From NCBI GenBank assembly GCA_024679065.1, contig JAGIQG010000009.1:96720001-96784000 (forward strand): a DNA stretch of 64,000 bases, in the 5' to 3' direction. Positions 1 to 13,525 of this stretch are shown piece after piece. A model generated the notes under the pieces. It was not told where the DNA came from and ran no database searches. It saw only the letters and a program-made list of their open reading frames with translations. The translations under genes and the position numbers were made by a program. This DNA is from Sphyrna mokarran (taxonomy: Eukaryota). Position 1 is the stretch's first letter. Each line of letters begins with the position of its first letter.

Positions 1-69
1 TAAGGGGCAATTTATCATGGCCAATCAACCTAATCCACACATTTTTAGAGTGTGGGAGGAAACCAGGTA

Positions 70-430
70 TCTCTCTATACCCATTTTACTTACGTAACTG
101 TCTAAATGCTTTTTAAAAGGCAAAATTGTACTCATCTCTATTAATATCTCTAGCAGCTTGTTCCAGACAGTCGCCCCCTCTGTATGAAAAAATTGCCCCT
201 CTGGATTCTTTTGTCTCTTTCCCCTGTCACCTTAAACTTATGTCCTCTAGTTTTAAACTCCCCTACCTTTGGGAAAAGATATTGACTATCTAGCTGATTT
301 GTGCCTCTTATCATTTTATAGACTTTCACAAGATCAACCCTCAACCTCCTACACTTAGCGAAAAGAGTCCCAGTCTATCCAACCTCAAGCTGTTAAGACC
401 TGGTAGCATCCTAGCAAATCTTTTCTGCAC
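70..430 (-). mobile_element. CR1 3' fragment
   Basis: DLVKVYKMIRG..LFP..TRGHKFKV ORF remnant. Confidence 0.8.
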
Positions 431-1173
431 TTTTTTTTAGTTGAATGTAAAACAAATCCATTATGTCCATAACAGACCCCACTGGCAAACGGTGGAAAGA
501 ATATAATTTGGTCTTGTTTAGATGTAGTTATGAGAATACACAGCACCTTGCAATAGCAAGCTGGTGTTACTGCTCCTGCTTTAACGAATATTAAATGCAC
601 AGTCAGGAACAACTTAAATTGTTATTTTTCATCGATCAATATTAATTAAATCATACATTTCAAAGTTTGCTATTATGACGTTTCTACTGTTTTTAGTCAT
701 ATGCAGGAATAAATAGTCACTGTCAAATCAAATTTCAGCATATAACGGAAAATTGTCAAAATAGTGAGATTGGTTCATCTGGTGTGTGTGTTGGTGATGT
801 CAGCATAGTGAGAAGATTCCTGTAGTCCCAATCTATTGGATATTTGATAAATGTGAACATTGGCATCAAAGAGATTTTCTCACTATGTTTCATAAAGTGT
901 TCAACATAATAGAAACATTTGCTTCATTTCCTGTCATCAGTAACAAGTTAAAGATAGTGAGATTAATTTTTCTGATGTTACATTTTAATAAAATTATTTT
1001 CGGGGCTCGTCCATCCAACACTGTTTCGGTGCCACAAACGAAAACAAAAAATGCTGGAAAATCTCAGCAGGTCTGACAGCATCTGTTGAAAGAAAAGAGC
1101 CAATGTTTCGAGTCTGGATGACTCTTAAAATGCTATTTTTTTAAACAATCTGAAGATAGCTGCCAATAGTTTG

Positions 1174-1176
<3 letters not shown>

Positions 1177-1238
<62 letters not shown>
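1177..1238 (+). repeat. (TG)31 microsatellite
   Basis: Perfect TG dinucleotide run. Confidence 0.97.
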
Positions 1239-1239
<1 letters not shown>

Positions 1240-1240
<1 letters not shown>

Positions 1241-1600
1241 CAGTTTGATTATTGTTGTCATATGCATTAGCATACAGTGAAAAGTATTGCCTCTTGCGCA
1301 GTATACAGATAAAGCATACCATTCATAGAGAAGGAAATGAGAGAGTGCAGAACGTAGTGTTACAGTCATGGCTAAGCTGTAGAGAAAGATCAACTTAATG
1401 TGACATAGGTCCATTCAAAAATCTGACAGCAGCAGGGAAGAAGTTGTTCTTGACTCGATCAGTATGTGACGTAAGACTTTTGTATCTTTTTCCCGACGGA
1501 ACAAGGTGGAAGAGAATGTCTCGGGTGCATGGGGGCCTTAATTATGCTGGCTGCTTTTCTGAGGCAGCGGGAAACGTAGACAGAATGTGTGTGGGTGTGT
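1240..1600 (-). mobile_element. Rex/Babar LINE 3' fragment
   Basis: Near-copy of 43680-44030. Confidence 0.65.
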
Positions 1601-1830
1601 GTTATGATTTATCCCATGGTAGGTCATTGAGGAATTCTTTCTTTAGAAAGTGTTGGTCTATATCAATAATTATGTCCTTGGATAAATACTTTACTTTGTG
1701 ACAAGTTAAAGATGGAACTCTATTGAACATGATCCCTTGTGTATGGTCCTGAAATATGTTTCACTTTGTGTGTGATTGTATTACACTTCATTCAAGTATT
1801 CACTGATAGAGCTTTATTTGTTTTCCCCAG

Positions 1831-1871
1831 GATACAAATGAAGAACAATCGATCTACACGCCTATGGAAAG
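1831..1871 (+). CDS. Gene D cytoplasmic micro-exon (DTNEEQSIYTPME; reading frame not certain)
   Basis: tttgttttccccAG acceptor, AG|GTACAT donor, 41 nt, Tyr motif SIYTPM; a second frame (IQMKNNRSTRLWK) is also open. Confidence 0.55.
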
Positions 1872-2711
1872 GTACATCTAGCCAGCAACCTCTTAAGTTT
1901 ACAATTAGCTTGCTGCTATCACTGTAAATTCAGTGCACTGCCATTAAATATGGCAGTACAATTACAATATTTAAATTTGGACAAGTACATGGTGAGGAAA
2001 GATTGAGAGGGATAATGGCCCATTTCCATTTAAAACTTTATTTATTAATGTCACAAGTGGGCTTACATTAACACTGCAATGAAGTTACTGTGAAAATCCC
2101 TATTCGCCATACTCCAGTGCCTGTGCGGGTGCATTGAGGGACAATTAAGCATGGCCAATGCACCTAACCAGCAAGTCTTTTCGACTGTGGGAGGAAACTT
2201 GAGCACCCAAGGAAACACATGGGGAGAACAAGCAAACTCTGCACAGACAGTGACCCAAGCCGGGAATTGAACCCGCGTCCCTGGTGCTGTGAATCAGCAG
2301 TGCTAACCTCTGTGCTGCCTTCCATATCGCTCTGACTTTATGATTCTCAGGAGTGGTAATGCCAGCTTGGTATTGGAAGGTGCTGGGAGCCTGTGTAACT
2401 ACATTGAAACAAGACTAAACCATATCATTTTCATTGTTTGTTGGTGGAGGTATGTTTTGGCTTTCAACTGGGACAAAGGTAATGGCTTATTTGTGAATAA
2501 AGGCCATGCTTGAGATGACTATTTGATGTTCCACTGTGAGAGAAACCAGTTACACTGCAATTTCCTTATTGTTTTGGGTGGTATTGAGCGAGTATGTGGC
2601 CTTCAGCGTATCTCCCTAACAACTGATCTTTGGGCTCAGAAGACACTAGCTCCCTGTCACACCACATTAAATCACATTGGGCGCTCCAGCGGGTATAGAT
2701 GCAATATAGCA

Positions 2712-3005
2712 TCATAGAATCCTACAACGCAGAAGGAGGCCACTTGGCCCATCGAGTCTGCACCACAATCCGACCCAGGTCCTATCCCCATGACCCAATG
2801 CATTTACCTTCGATAGCCCTCCTGACACTAGAGGGGCAATTTAGCATGGCCAATCCACTAACCTGCACATCTTTAGAGTAGGGGAGGAAACTGGAGCACC
2901 CGGAGGAAACCCACACAGACACGAGGAGAATGTGCAAACTCCACACAAATCGAACCCGAGTCCCTGGCAAAATGAGACAGCAGTGCTAACCACTGTGCCA
3001 CCATG
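2712..3005 (-). mobile_element. HE1/V-SINE (representative; about 25 copies, e.g. 2020-2315-, 4795-5105-, 5349-5672+, 6713-7030+, 11958-12302+, 13845-14125+, 16752-17090+, 17822-18065+, 26271-26585+, 37965-38270-, 41078-41355+, 49990-50285+, 53745-54056-, 59570-59865-, 61225-61480+)
   Basis: tRNA-like head ggcacagtggttagcactgctgcctcacagcgccagggacccgggttcaattcc and V-domain core ctgtgtggagtttgcacattctccc…gggtttcctccgggtgctccggtttcc. Confidence 0.85.
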
Positions 3006-4355
3006 CCTCATGAAATAACATCCATTCCATCACAATAATTTAAGGGTAGCTATCTCACTTGGTTTTCGTGCTGAGGATTCAAATCTGGAGGTAACAGGAG
3101 TGATATTTGTGATTTTCCCAGTGTCAGTCCCAGAGCAAAAACTCTTTTCCATCAAGACGAAAGTACCAGTATATTCAGCTTCTCATACACATATGAATGC
3201 CTATCTGCTCTGAGAAACTTAATGAGACTCAATTAAGGCAGGATCTGGTCCTTGTCAGAGACGTATTCATACCTAAGTTTGTGCTACAACAACAGCTTGT
3301 ATTTGTGCATGTAATAAAAATCCCAGCGTTGTTCACAGAAGTATTATGATGCAAAAATAAGACACCGAGTTTCTATCCTTCTGACATATTGCTGGGGTAA
3401 CAACAAAACCGAATGGGAAAGCAACACTGCATGCATTGTGTGTCTGTGGACAGATGTTACTCGAACATCCTAAAAGTGCAGATATCGGTGTGTCGGAGGG
3501 AGTGACAAACATAGAGGGACTTGTGAGGTTGAAATCAGTAAACTCGCTTCCCTGTCAACAAAGTAACGAGACAAAACTGATCAGATGTAGTTAGTGAATG
3601 TTTCGAATCACCCATCATCTCTGCTCAATAGAATTATGGAATAGTTATTATGGCTCAGAAAGAGGCCATTTAGTTTTGCCAGGAAGGGTGGTGGCATTGG
3701 GCAAGAGTGGACAAGGTACCTTTTCTTTTTACCTACACATGGTCGCTCCTCCTCTGGTAGATTGAATGGTTGGGTCTCCTGTGGTCTTGGCCCCTCCAGC
3801 ATTCTCTGTGATCACCCGATGGTCCTTCTGATTTAGTGGTGATGGATGGGGTTGCTGTTGACTAGGCCTAGGAATGGGTATCTAGATTGCCTGGCACATT
3901 TACCATCCTAAGTTTCGAGTGTTCAGTCCACTGTCAACCCAGCTTTACAAGAAAAATGTAGAAAACAAATATAATTTTCACATTAAATTCATTACAGTGT
4001 TAATGTAAGCCTACTTATACACTGGAATTTTACTGGCACGGCCACCCCAATTCCCGGGGCAGGCAAGGTTCGGAGACCAGTATTCTCCATTGCTCTTGGG
4101 CGATATTGTACAAACCTCCAGTGGATGTCCTGGTAAAATTCTGCACAGAGTTACAGAGCTTTACAGCATGGAAAATGGCCCTTTGGCTCAACTTGTCCGT
4201 GCCGCCCAATTTTTAACCACTGAATTAGTCCTACTGTGACGCTAATAAATAAACTTTAACAATTTTTTTTTCTGCTCTGTTTATAACACATGACTTTATT
4301 TCCTCTTCCCCCCCACCACCCCCCCCTCCCCCACCCCCCCGCCAAATCCTGACAG

Positions 4356-4393
4356 TCTGAAGACATTCAGCAATTCAACAAATAACCTGACTG
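4356..4393 (+). CDS. Gene D candidate micro-exon with GC donor (LKTFSNSTNNLT)
   Basis: Long pyrimidine tract plus cAG, G|GCAAGT donor, phase 2-1 bridges the 1831 and 6347 exons. Confidence 0.3.
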
Positions 4394-6346
4394 GCAAGTA
4401 ACTCAATAAGAATGAATTTAAATATGTGACATGGCTAGTGACAGATTGTGTTCATTAGAAGTATTACAAGTGTGCATTTTGTATGCTAAGATTTCTGTTT
4501 ATTATCAGCTGGTGGGAGACATTTGGAAGTAGGTATTCTTCTGTAAGTTCTCATGTATCAGTGTTACATTAAGGTTCTGCTCCAGTGTCAGCAAAATGCA
4601 TCAATCTGTGTCTTACATAACCACAGGAGGCCAAAGAGTGGTTTGCAGCTGAGGAAGACCCGTTATAGTGTAAACATTGTAAGCAGCACTAATTTGTGTG
4701 TGATTCCAACAAAAGCAGCGTGATAGTGATATAATTTGATGATTTTGGCCACAAACTCTGCTATTAATATGAGGAGAGAGTGGGTCAGTAGTCACAGAAT
4801 TATAGAATCCCTATAGTACAGCAAGGAGGCCATTTGGCCCATTGAATATGTACTAACCATAATCCCACCCATTCCCATAACACTCATTTGCCTGCTAATC
4901 CCCGACTCTGGTCAATTTAGCATGGCCAATCAACCAAACCCACTCATCTTTGGACTCTCGGAGCAAACCTGAGCACCTGGAGGAAATCCACGCAGACACG
5001 GGGAGAATGTGCAAACTCCACTTAGACAGTCACCCAAGCTGGGAATCAAACTTGGACTCCTGATTCTGTGAGGCAGCAGTGCTAAACACTGTGGCACCGT
5101 GCCACCTGCAGATGTTTGCTGCAGATCTACATTAGACCCATATTACCTCTGAGACAGGATGCAAATGACAGAAGCGTCCTTATTTATCCCTAGCATACAG
5201 TTGTTCCAGAGTTATATAAATTTTATCTATCTTTATGTATAGTTTCTGGTGAATGCTGCTTCCAGAGGCTTGTGACAATTTAATGATGTAGCTTGATCAC
5301 TGGTGAATGCTGATTGTGAGTGTATTAGACTGCTGCACTTGCTATTTGATGGCACAGTGGTTAGCACTGCTGCCTCACAGCGCTGAAAACCCATGTTCAA
5401 TTCCAGCCTCGGGTTACTGTCTGTGTGGAGTTTGCACATTCTCCCTGTGTCTACATGGGTTTTCTCTAGGTGCTCTGGTTTCCCACAATCCAAAGATGTA
5501 CAAAGTTAGGTTGATGACTGGCCATGGTAAATTGTCCCTTAGTGTCCTAAGAAGTGTAGGTCAGGGTAAGTAGCCCAATAAGTATGAGGAGTCATGGGGA
5601 TAGAGCCTGGGTATGAGTTGCTGCCCACTCGATGGGCCAGATGGCCGCCTCCTGCACTGCAGGGATGCTATGATGTTAACCCTTCAACTTCCATGATGTA
5701 ATCTAGCAATTAATGGTTTCTAGTGAATCTCAGTCAGACTTTGTAGAAATAGGTATCTGTCTGTCCCTTTAACTCGACTGTTGATGCTCTTGTTTCCAAA
5801 GTGAAACAGAGCAGAGTCCTACTTTGAAAGTTCATTCGACAATTGTGCTTTCCTGCAGTGATGAGGGAACACTGCATTGACAAATTGCCCAGCCATGTCT
5901 GTTTATCTAGATGAACTGCAAGAATTCTTGGTAAAATAGTAAGGAGTTAGTTATGTCAGCACTCTGCCTGGAACCATTGAATGAAACACATCCATGTACA
6001 CAAATATACAGAATTGACAAATTGGTAACTTACCTGTTTTTTTTTCTGGAATCGGGTTGTTTAGTGTCATTCTTACTAATAATGCAGTCGAGTTTAATAA
6101 CTCAGTTAGTATAATATAAGAGACACTGAGAGGCATGATTAGACATTATAGAAGCAGAGACAGAAACAGTCCATTTCACTCCGCTGTTCTGCTGTTCAGT
6201 GGCTGAAATGCGCCTTAAATGATTTTTTTTCTATCTATCAAATTATCTCGCACCAAACGTCAATCTATCGCTTTGAATATTGTGCTAAGTTTTATTGTAT
6301 GAAACTCCACTGACATTTTCCTTTCTGTTACATTTTGCACTTGTAG

Positions 6347-6381
6347 ATTCCCAAACTTGTCCGCTCATATCACAGGCTGAG
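6347..6381 (+). CDS. Gene D candidate micro-exon (DSQTCPLISQAE)
   Basis: ttttgcacttgtAG acceptor, GAG|GTAAGC donor, 35 nt phase 1-0. Confidence 0.55.
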
Positions 6382-7588
6382 GTAAGCAGCAACATAAATT
6401 GAATTACGATATTTAGTTTTAATGCAATTTGAGGCAAAATGCTCAGGTTTGAGGAGAACCTAATTCCACCAAAGAGTTGTGAATCTGGAATTCGCTACTC
6501 CAAAGGTGCGCTGTATGTTAGGACAGTAAGTAAATTTAAGGAGGAGTTAAACAGATTTTTAATTGGTGATGGGTTTAAGCGTTATGGGGAGAAGACAGGA
6601 AAGTGGGGATGAAAAGCATATCAGTCATGATTGAATGGCAGAGTAGACTTAATGGGCTGAATGACCTAATTTTGCTCCTATAGCTTATGAATTTATGAAT
6701 AGAGCACAATTTGGGGTGGCACGGTGTCAAATTGTTAGCACTGCTACCTCACAGTGCCAGGGACCTGTGTTCAATTCCAGCCTTGAGTCACTGTCTGAGC
6801 GGAGTTTGCATATTCTCCCCATGTATGGGTGGGTTTCCTCCAGGTGCTCCAGTTTCCTCCCAGAGTCCAAAGATGTTCAAATTAGATTGATTGGCCACGT
6901 AAAATTGACCCTATTGTCAAGGGGTTAGCAGAGTAAATGTGTGAGGTGTTGGGAATAAGGTCCGGATGGAATTATGGTTGGTGCAGGCTCAATAGGCCAA
7001 ATGGTCTCCTGCACTATAGGGATTCAATGGTAACTGATAGATGGATATATTTCAGAGATAGATATTTTAATAATTAACCGTGCAGATTGATTTCAACATA
7101 TGTGCTTTTAAGACTACAAAATATTGTTAACAGTTACAAAATGCAAGAAGGAACTTTTATTTGTAAGAAATCAGACTCATAGTCTTCAGTGTCTCTGCAA
7201 AAATTTAGCCTGATCTTATATGAGTTCACATAAGACTTTAGAGTTTGATTGCATATTCTGCTTATTTATTTTACTCAAGTCTCAAATTCTTAATCTCAAT
7301 TTAAAATGACAGATCTCATGCACAAATATCAACTAATCAAAAACCTTCCCCGTGCGGGGTTCCTGAAGCGTACATCTTGTCTGGCCAGTCTCAACTAATT
7401 GAATCTTTCTGTTTATACAGACTACTGCACTAGACCCTATACAATATGCCATGATAAAGATGGATCTTTTGAAAAAAGCACCTTCTTTGAATGCGATCAT
7501 GGAATGTAACAGTTCAGAGTGAGTCAATCTTTTCTCTTTACCCGACCTGTCACCTTTTTCGAATATGATTTTCTTCTGTTCCTCATAG

Positions 7589-7620
7589 CTTCCCAAAGAC
7601 AAGAAATCATTATTCCCTAG
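7589..7620 (+). CDS. Gene D candidate micro-exon (LPKDKKSLFPR)
   Basis: ttttcttctgttcctcatAG acceptor, weak AG|GTCTGC donor, phase 0-2 fits the chain. Confidence 0.35.
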
Positions 7621-8989
7621 GTCTGCAAGACACTCACAAACACATTTTAAGGAGTTAGAATTAGAATAGAATCTTAGACTTAAAATTCACCCAGGTCCTA
7701 CTCCCATACCCCCACATATTTACTCATTAATCTCTCTAACCTATGCATCACAGGACACTAAGGGGCAATTTTAGCATGGTCAATCAACCTAACACACACA
7801 TCTCTGGAGAAAACCGGAGCACCCGAAGAAAACCCACACAGACATGAGGAGGATGTGCAAACTCCACACCAACAGTGACCCAAACTGGGAATCGAGTTAA
7901 GCTCCTTTTAAATACAATTTGAGAAAATCTGCTCGATACACACTTCCTGTCAAAATACTGCGTTTTCTGTAATGGCGTTTATACTCAAACCCAAGCACAT
8001 GCGGTATTTTTAATTTCTGTAACAGTTTGTATTCAGGAAATGATGTACAGGAGTTAGTTTATTTTCATTTAATTCATTCGTGAGATGTGGATGTCACTGG
8101 CTGGCCAGCATTCATTGCCCATTCACAGTTGTCCTTGGAGGGCGGTTGCAGGTCAACCACATTGCTATGGATCTTGAGTCACATGTAAGAACAAACAATA
8201 AAGAAAATTATAGGATAGGAACAGGTCCTCTGGCCCTACAAGCCAGCACCGACTATGTTGCCCAACTGAACAAAAAACATGTATTTGTCAAGATGCCCCT
8301 TAAATGTCACTATCATATCTGCTTCTACTACATCCCCCAACAGCAAGTTCCAGGCACCCGCCACACTTTGTGTAAAAAAAAACTTGCCTCGTACATCTCC
8401 TTTAAACATGCCCCTCGCACCTTAACATATGCGCCCTAGTAATTGATTGTTCCACCCTGGGACAAAGCTTCTGACTATCCATGCCCCTTATAATCTTGTA
8501 GACTTCTATCAGTTCACTCCTCAACCTCCATCGTTCCAGTGAAAACAAACCAGTCAGATTGAGTAAGGATGACAGATTTCCTTCCCTAAAAAATAATAGT
8601 GAACCAGATGGGTTTTCCGACAGTTGATAATGGTTTCATGGTCAACTGTAAATTCTTAATTACAGGTTGATTTTCTTTCTGCTTGAATTCAGATGTACCA
8701 TCTGCTGTGGTAGGATTCAAACCTGGGTTCCCAAAACATTAGCTCAGTTTTTGATCAATAATCTAGCGATAATACCACTAGACAATTGCCAGGCCAGGTT
8801 GCTCACGTGTAGCAATCTGGCTTTTGCCAGATTAAAAAATAAAATGTAATTATATTCAGTTGGTCATGAGTTGGACCTATCATTGGTTGTGACAAAACAC
8901 ACCATCCAGATGTCCTCATCTTCACTTTGGCAGGACAAGCAAGAAAAGAGATTACGCAATGAACACCAGGAACCTGGGAAGTATTGAGG

Positions 8990-9905
8990 ACATTGGTGTG
9001 CATGTACATGGTCCCTTAAGGTAGCAGGACAGAAGAATGAAGTAGTTAAAAAGGTGTATGACACTTATTTGCCTTTATTAGTCGAGGCATACAGTTTAAG
9101 AACAGAGAGGTTATGCTGGAGCTAAATAAAATGTTAGTCACAGCTAGAGTATTGAGTGCAGTTCTGGAACGCACATTATCGAAGGAATGTGATAGCACTT
9201 GAAAGGGTGCAAAGGAAATTTACCAAGGTGTTGCCTGGGTTGGAGTGTTTTAGTTATGAAGAAAGATTGGATAGAACTATTTCCTTGAAGCAGAGGAGAC
9301 TCAAGGGGCACATGATTGAGATGTATAAAATTATGAAGGGCATAGATAGACAGGAAGAAACAACACAGAAACTAAGAGTAGGCCATTAGGCCCTTCAAGC
9401 CTGATCATTGCTGGTCCTCAAATTCAATACCCTAATCATGCTTTCTCCCCATATTTCTTTAGCCCCAAGGGCTATATCTTATTTCTTCTTCAAATCACAT
9501 CACATTTTGGCCTCAACTATATTCTGTGATAGTGAATTCCACAGATTCACCACTCCCTAGGTGAAGAAATTTCTCCTCACTTCAGTCTGAAAAGATTTAC
9601 TCCTTAATCTCAAATTATGACACCTAGTTCTGGAACTCCCCACTATCAGGAATTTTCCTTCTGAATTTGTCATGTCTAATCCTATTAGAATTTTAAATTT
9701 TCTATGGCATCCCCTCTCAGTCTTCTAAACTCCAATGAATATAATCCTAACTGACATAGTTTCTTCTCATGTGACAGACCTACCATCATAGGAATTAGCT
9801 TATTGAACCTACACTGCACTCCCTCTATAGCAAGGGCATCCTTTCTCTGGTAAGGACACCAAAACTGCACACACTGTTCCTGGTGTGGTCTCAGCAGTGT
9901 CCCAT
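8990..9905. mobile_element. Two CR1 fragments tail-to-tail (+ 8990-9355, - 9360-9905)
   Basis: QFWN.HYR..LERVQRKFT and LRPH.EQCVQFWCPY ORF remnants. Confidence 0.8.
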
Positions 9906-10208
9906 ACATGCTAAAGTAGCCTTGTATCCTCCACTGGGATATTGATAAGATCAGCTTTGGCTATGAATGCAGGTATGTATATTGTCCACATGCAGATTCA
10001 AACAATATGATTGAGTTTGTTCCCATAATATTAATAACCTTATAACTAGAATTTGTAACAATAGCTTATTAGAAAAGATTGAGTTTGAATTGAGTTTATA
10101 AAGTTCATTTGTTCATATCAAACTTACTTGAAGCTATGACATTAGAAGTATTTCTTAATAGGCATTATAACTCAAAGCACATAAAATTTTCCCTTTTTTC
10201 TTTGACAG

Positions 10209-10243
10209 ACATGATTATGGATATGACGAACTTAACATAACAG
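10209..10243 (+). CDS. Gene D cytoplasmic micro-exon (HDYGYDELNIT), YxxL motif
   Basis: cccttttttctttgacAG acceptor, CAG|GTAAAT donor, 35 nt phase 2-1. Confidence 0.65.
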
Positions 10244-10639
10244 GTAAATAATACATAAAAAAGAAAGTTTTTTTCGTAACTTGGGTGTTTTGCATTATTT
10301 AACCTGCCTCCTGAATTGAGGCAAACACCCACTCATTGAATATGACTTTACTCTCCTGAATGATTATAAGTATTCAAAACTTCTTGTTGGTACAAAATTT
10401 CAGTCTGGGCAATCTGGATAGTTTTACCTATTATATACTCAGGTTGATGTCCAGTTTTAATGAGCGCAATGAAATTAGACGTTGACCTCTCCCTACGTGT
10501 TTAAAGGCAGAAAACGGTCTGTAATTTGATTCTAGTTCTTAATTTAAGTTTGAGGCTTAAAATAACCAGATGTTGAAGTAAAAATATTCACCATGGAATG
10601 CTCATCGGAGGTTTGTCTAAGACGCTTTTTGGATCGTGA

Positions 10640-10845
10640 TGTGGAGATGCTGGCATTGGACTGGGGTGGGCGTAAGAAATCTCACAACACCAGGTTAAAG
10701 TTCAGCAGGTTCATTTGGAATCATGAGTTTTTGGAGGGCTGCTCCTTGATTAGGTGAGTTACCTGATGAAGGAGCAGTGCTGTGAAAGCTCATGATTCCA
10801 CATAAACCTATTGGACTTTAACCTGGTGTTGTGAGACTTCTTGTC
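10640..10845. mobile_element. Penelope-like terminal fragment forming an inverted repeat
   Basis: Arms 10675-10758 and 10759-10842 are reverse complements; contains CTGATGA…GAAA. Confidence 0.55.
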
Positions 10846-12904
10846 TTTGGGTGAGCTTGTACTGCACAACATTAACATATGGGTTATTAGCTCTGATTTT
10901 GCTGCCCTCAAAGAAACGTTCCAGATATAATGATCTCTGTGGTGTCCCCACATCATTCTGCATGTGGTGCTTAAATCAAAGTGATCTCCAGGCGTATATT
11001 AGCAGTGATATCAGTAACTAATCATGCTGAAGTATTCTCGCAGATGGCAATTCTGAAATATAAAATATCTGAATCCCCTCCCCATCTTTAAGTTAATAAT
11101 CCTGATAGCAAAGTAAATAATTAATGATTTGATTGTGGTTAAAAGGTAAAATTAAGACCAACACAGTTTTAAAAATATGTTTTTGAAATGTTTTTTATTT
11201 TGGAGAAATGTGAGGCTCTACCAGATTGTCAAATAGTTTAGCAACAAGTTAAAGCCTGACCATGCTCCGTTAAACAAGGAGTACATTTCTGAGAGATTTT
11301 TAGTTTCATTGTTTAATGAAAGTTCTTGCCAGTTCACTAATGCCCAATTGATTACAGCCTTAGTGTCCTGAGCAACACATTATCTGGAGAAGTGTACCAT
11401 CACTGGCAGTGATTATTCTGTATATGCAAAGTGTGCTGATGTTGTCAGTTTCAGTGAAATAACAATGGGGTTGATGAAGCCTAGCAATTTCTCGTCACTA
11501 GTAGAAAATGAACAACTTCTACATAATGCCTCTTTGTGAGTGGTAAATTTATTTTTGGGATGCATATAACGTTAACAGGATATTATCAAATCATGTCACT
11601 CTGTGAGGGTAAGAAGATAATGATAGCTTATATGGCAATGGTTGTCCCAAATTGGTGCTGGAGGAGTAATATCAAGATTTTGATCCAACCAGTATAAAAA
11701 TAACCCAAGTGTATTGTTTATTCTTTGATGGGAAGTGTGTGCTACTGGCAAGATCAGCATTTGTTGACCATCCTTGTAATTGAATGGCTTGTTTGGCCAT
11801 TTGAGAGAACAGTTAAGAGTCAACCACGTTACTGATGTGGATCTGGATTCATGTATTTGCCAAACTGGGTAAAGACACTAGATTTCCATCCCCATTAGAG
11901 AATCATATGGTTTGGTATTACAGCAGACAACTGTTCCACTGTCACTGTAACTGAGAGTAGCATTGTGGCTAACACTGCTACCTCACAGAACCAGAGACTC
12001 GGGTTAAATCCTGGCTTTGGGTGACTTATATGTGGTGTTTGCACATTCTCCCCAAAACCATGGGTTTCCTCCAGGTGCTCCAGTTTTTTCCACCAGGTGC
12101 TCCAGTTTTCTCCCACAGTCCAAAAATGAGTAGGTTCTGTACATTAGCTATGCTAAATTGCCTCATTGTGTTCCAAGATATCCATGTTAGGGGGGTTAGC
12201 AACATGGGTTTTCAGGGATATGGCCTGGGTGGGATGCTCTGTCAGAATCAGTGCAGACTCGATAGGCCAAATAGCCTCTTCTGTTTAGTAATTATTCTAT
12301 GATGTTAGATGTTCAGACTTAATGAATTGAATTTAAATTATATTAGTTTTCAAATTGGGATTTGGACCCATGTCCTTGGAGCATTAGACTGGATTACTAG
12401 TCTGGTGAGATTTGCCTAAATAATCACATCTGTCCTGGAGGGGAAATGAGAATCTCATGATCTTGCTACTATCAGAGAGAGACACAGCACAGAAGGAGTC
12501 CATTCAACATACTATGCCAGTGAGGATTCTTTGAAAGATCCATACAATTAATTCCATTCACCATTTATTTCCCAGCAACTTCAATGAACAAGTTAACAGT
12601 AAATGACCAGAAGAGAAACTCCTGGCATATTATTCAAAATGCACACTATTTTCATGTTAGGTTAAAGCAATAAGGATATGAAACAAATCCCGACAGGCTG
12701 AGTGGCCTCCTTCTCACTATGTGGTCTGCACTGACCCCCCCAACCCACCAGGCCCTATTCCTGTAACCCCACGTATTTACCCTGCGAATCCCCTGACAAT
12801 GGCGTAAATTTATCATGGCCAATTCACCTAACCTGCACATTTTTGGATTGTGAGAGGAAACCGGAGCGCCCAGAGGAAACCCAGGTAGATACGAAGAGAA
12901 TATG

Positions 12905-13310
12905 AGGGAGCTGGGACTGTTCTCCCTGGAGAGACGAAGGTTGAGAGGCGACCTGATAGAGGTTTACAAGATGTTGAGAGGAATAGATAGGGTGGACTCT
13001 CAGAGACTATTTCCCCGGGCTGAAATGGTCGCGACGAGAGGGCACAGATTTAAGGTGCAGGGAAGCAAGTACAGAGGAGATGCTAGGGGAAAGTTTTTCG
13101 CTCAGAGGGTGGTGAGTGAATGGAATCGGCTGCCATCGGTGGTGGTCGAGGCGAACTCGCTGGGGTCTTTTAAAAGACTTCTGGATGAGTATATGGGATC
13201 CAATGGGATTGGGGGTTATAGATAGGTCTATGGCTGGGTAGGTTTTTGATGTGTTCAACTTGTGGGCCGAAGGGCCTGTTTGTGCTGTAGTGTTCTATGT
13301 TCTATGTTTT
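12905..13310 (+). mobile_element. CR1 3' fragment inserted in a minus-strand HE1 SINE
   Basis: LGLFSLERRRLRGDLIEVYK ORF, GTTCTAT tail, TSD AATATG at 12899-12904 and 13311-13316. Confidence 0.9.
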
Positions 13311-13484
13311 AATATGCTAACTCCACACAGACAGTGACCCGAGGCTGGAATTGAATCCGGGTTCCTGGCACTGTGAGGCAGTAGTGCTAACCACTGTGCC
13401 ACCGTGCTGCACAATATTCCCAGATTTCTTTTGCAGGATTGAGATATGATGTGACTGACATGCACTTTTTGTTTCAATTCACAG

Positions 13485-13525
13485 CAAAACGTGATCCGCT
13501 TCCTGAGGACACCTCAGTGAATCAG
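13485..13525 (+). CDS. Gene D cytoplasmic micro-exon (AKRDPLPEDTSVNQ)
   Basis: tttttgtttcaattcacAG acceptor, CAG|GTAAGG donor, 41 nt phase 1-0. Confidence 0.65.

Noticed and set aside
1125-1414. His-Thr repeat ORFs
   Set aside because: Translation of the (CA)n microsatellite
5349-5420. tRNA-like sequences
   Set aside because: They are SINE heads (HE1/SacSINE1) followed by SINE body, not tRNA genes
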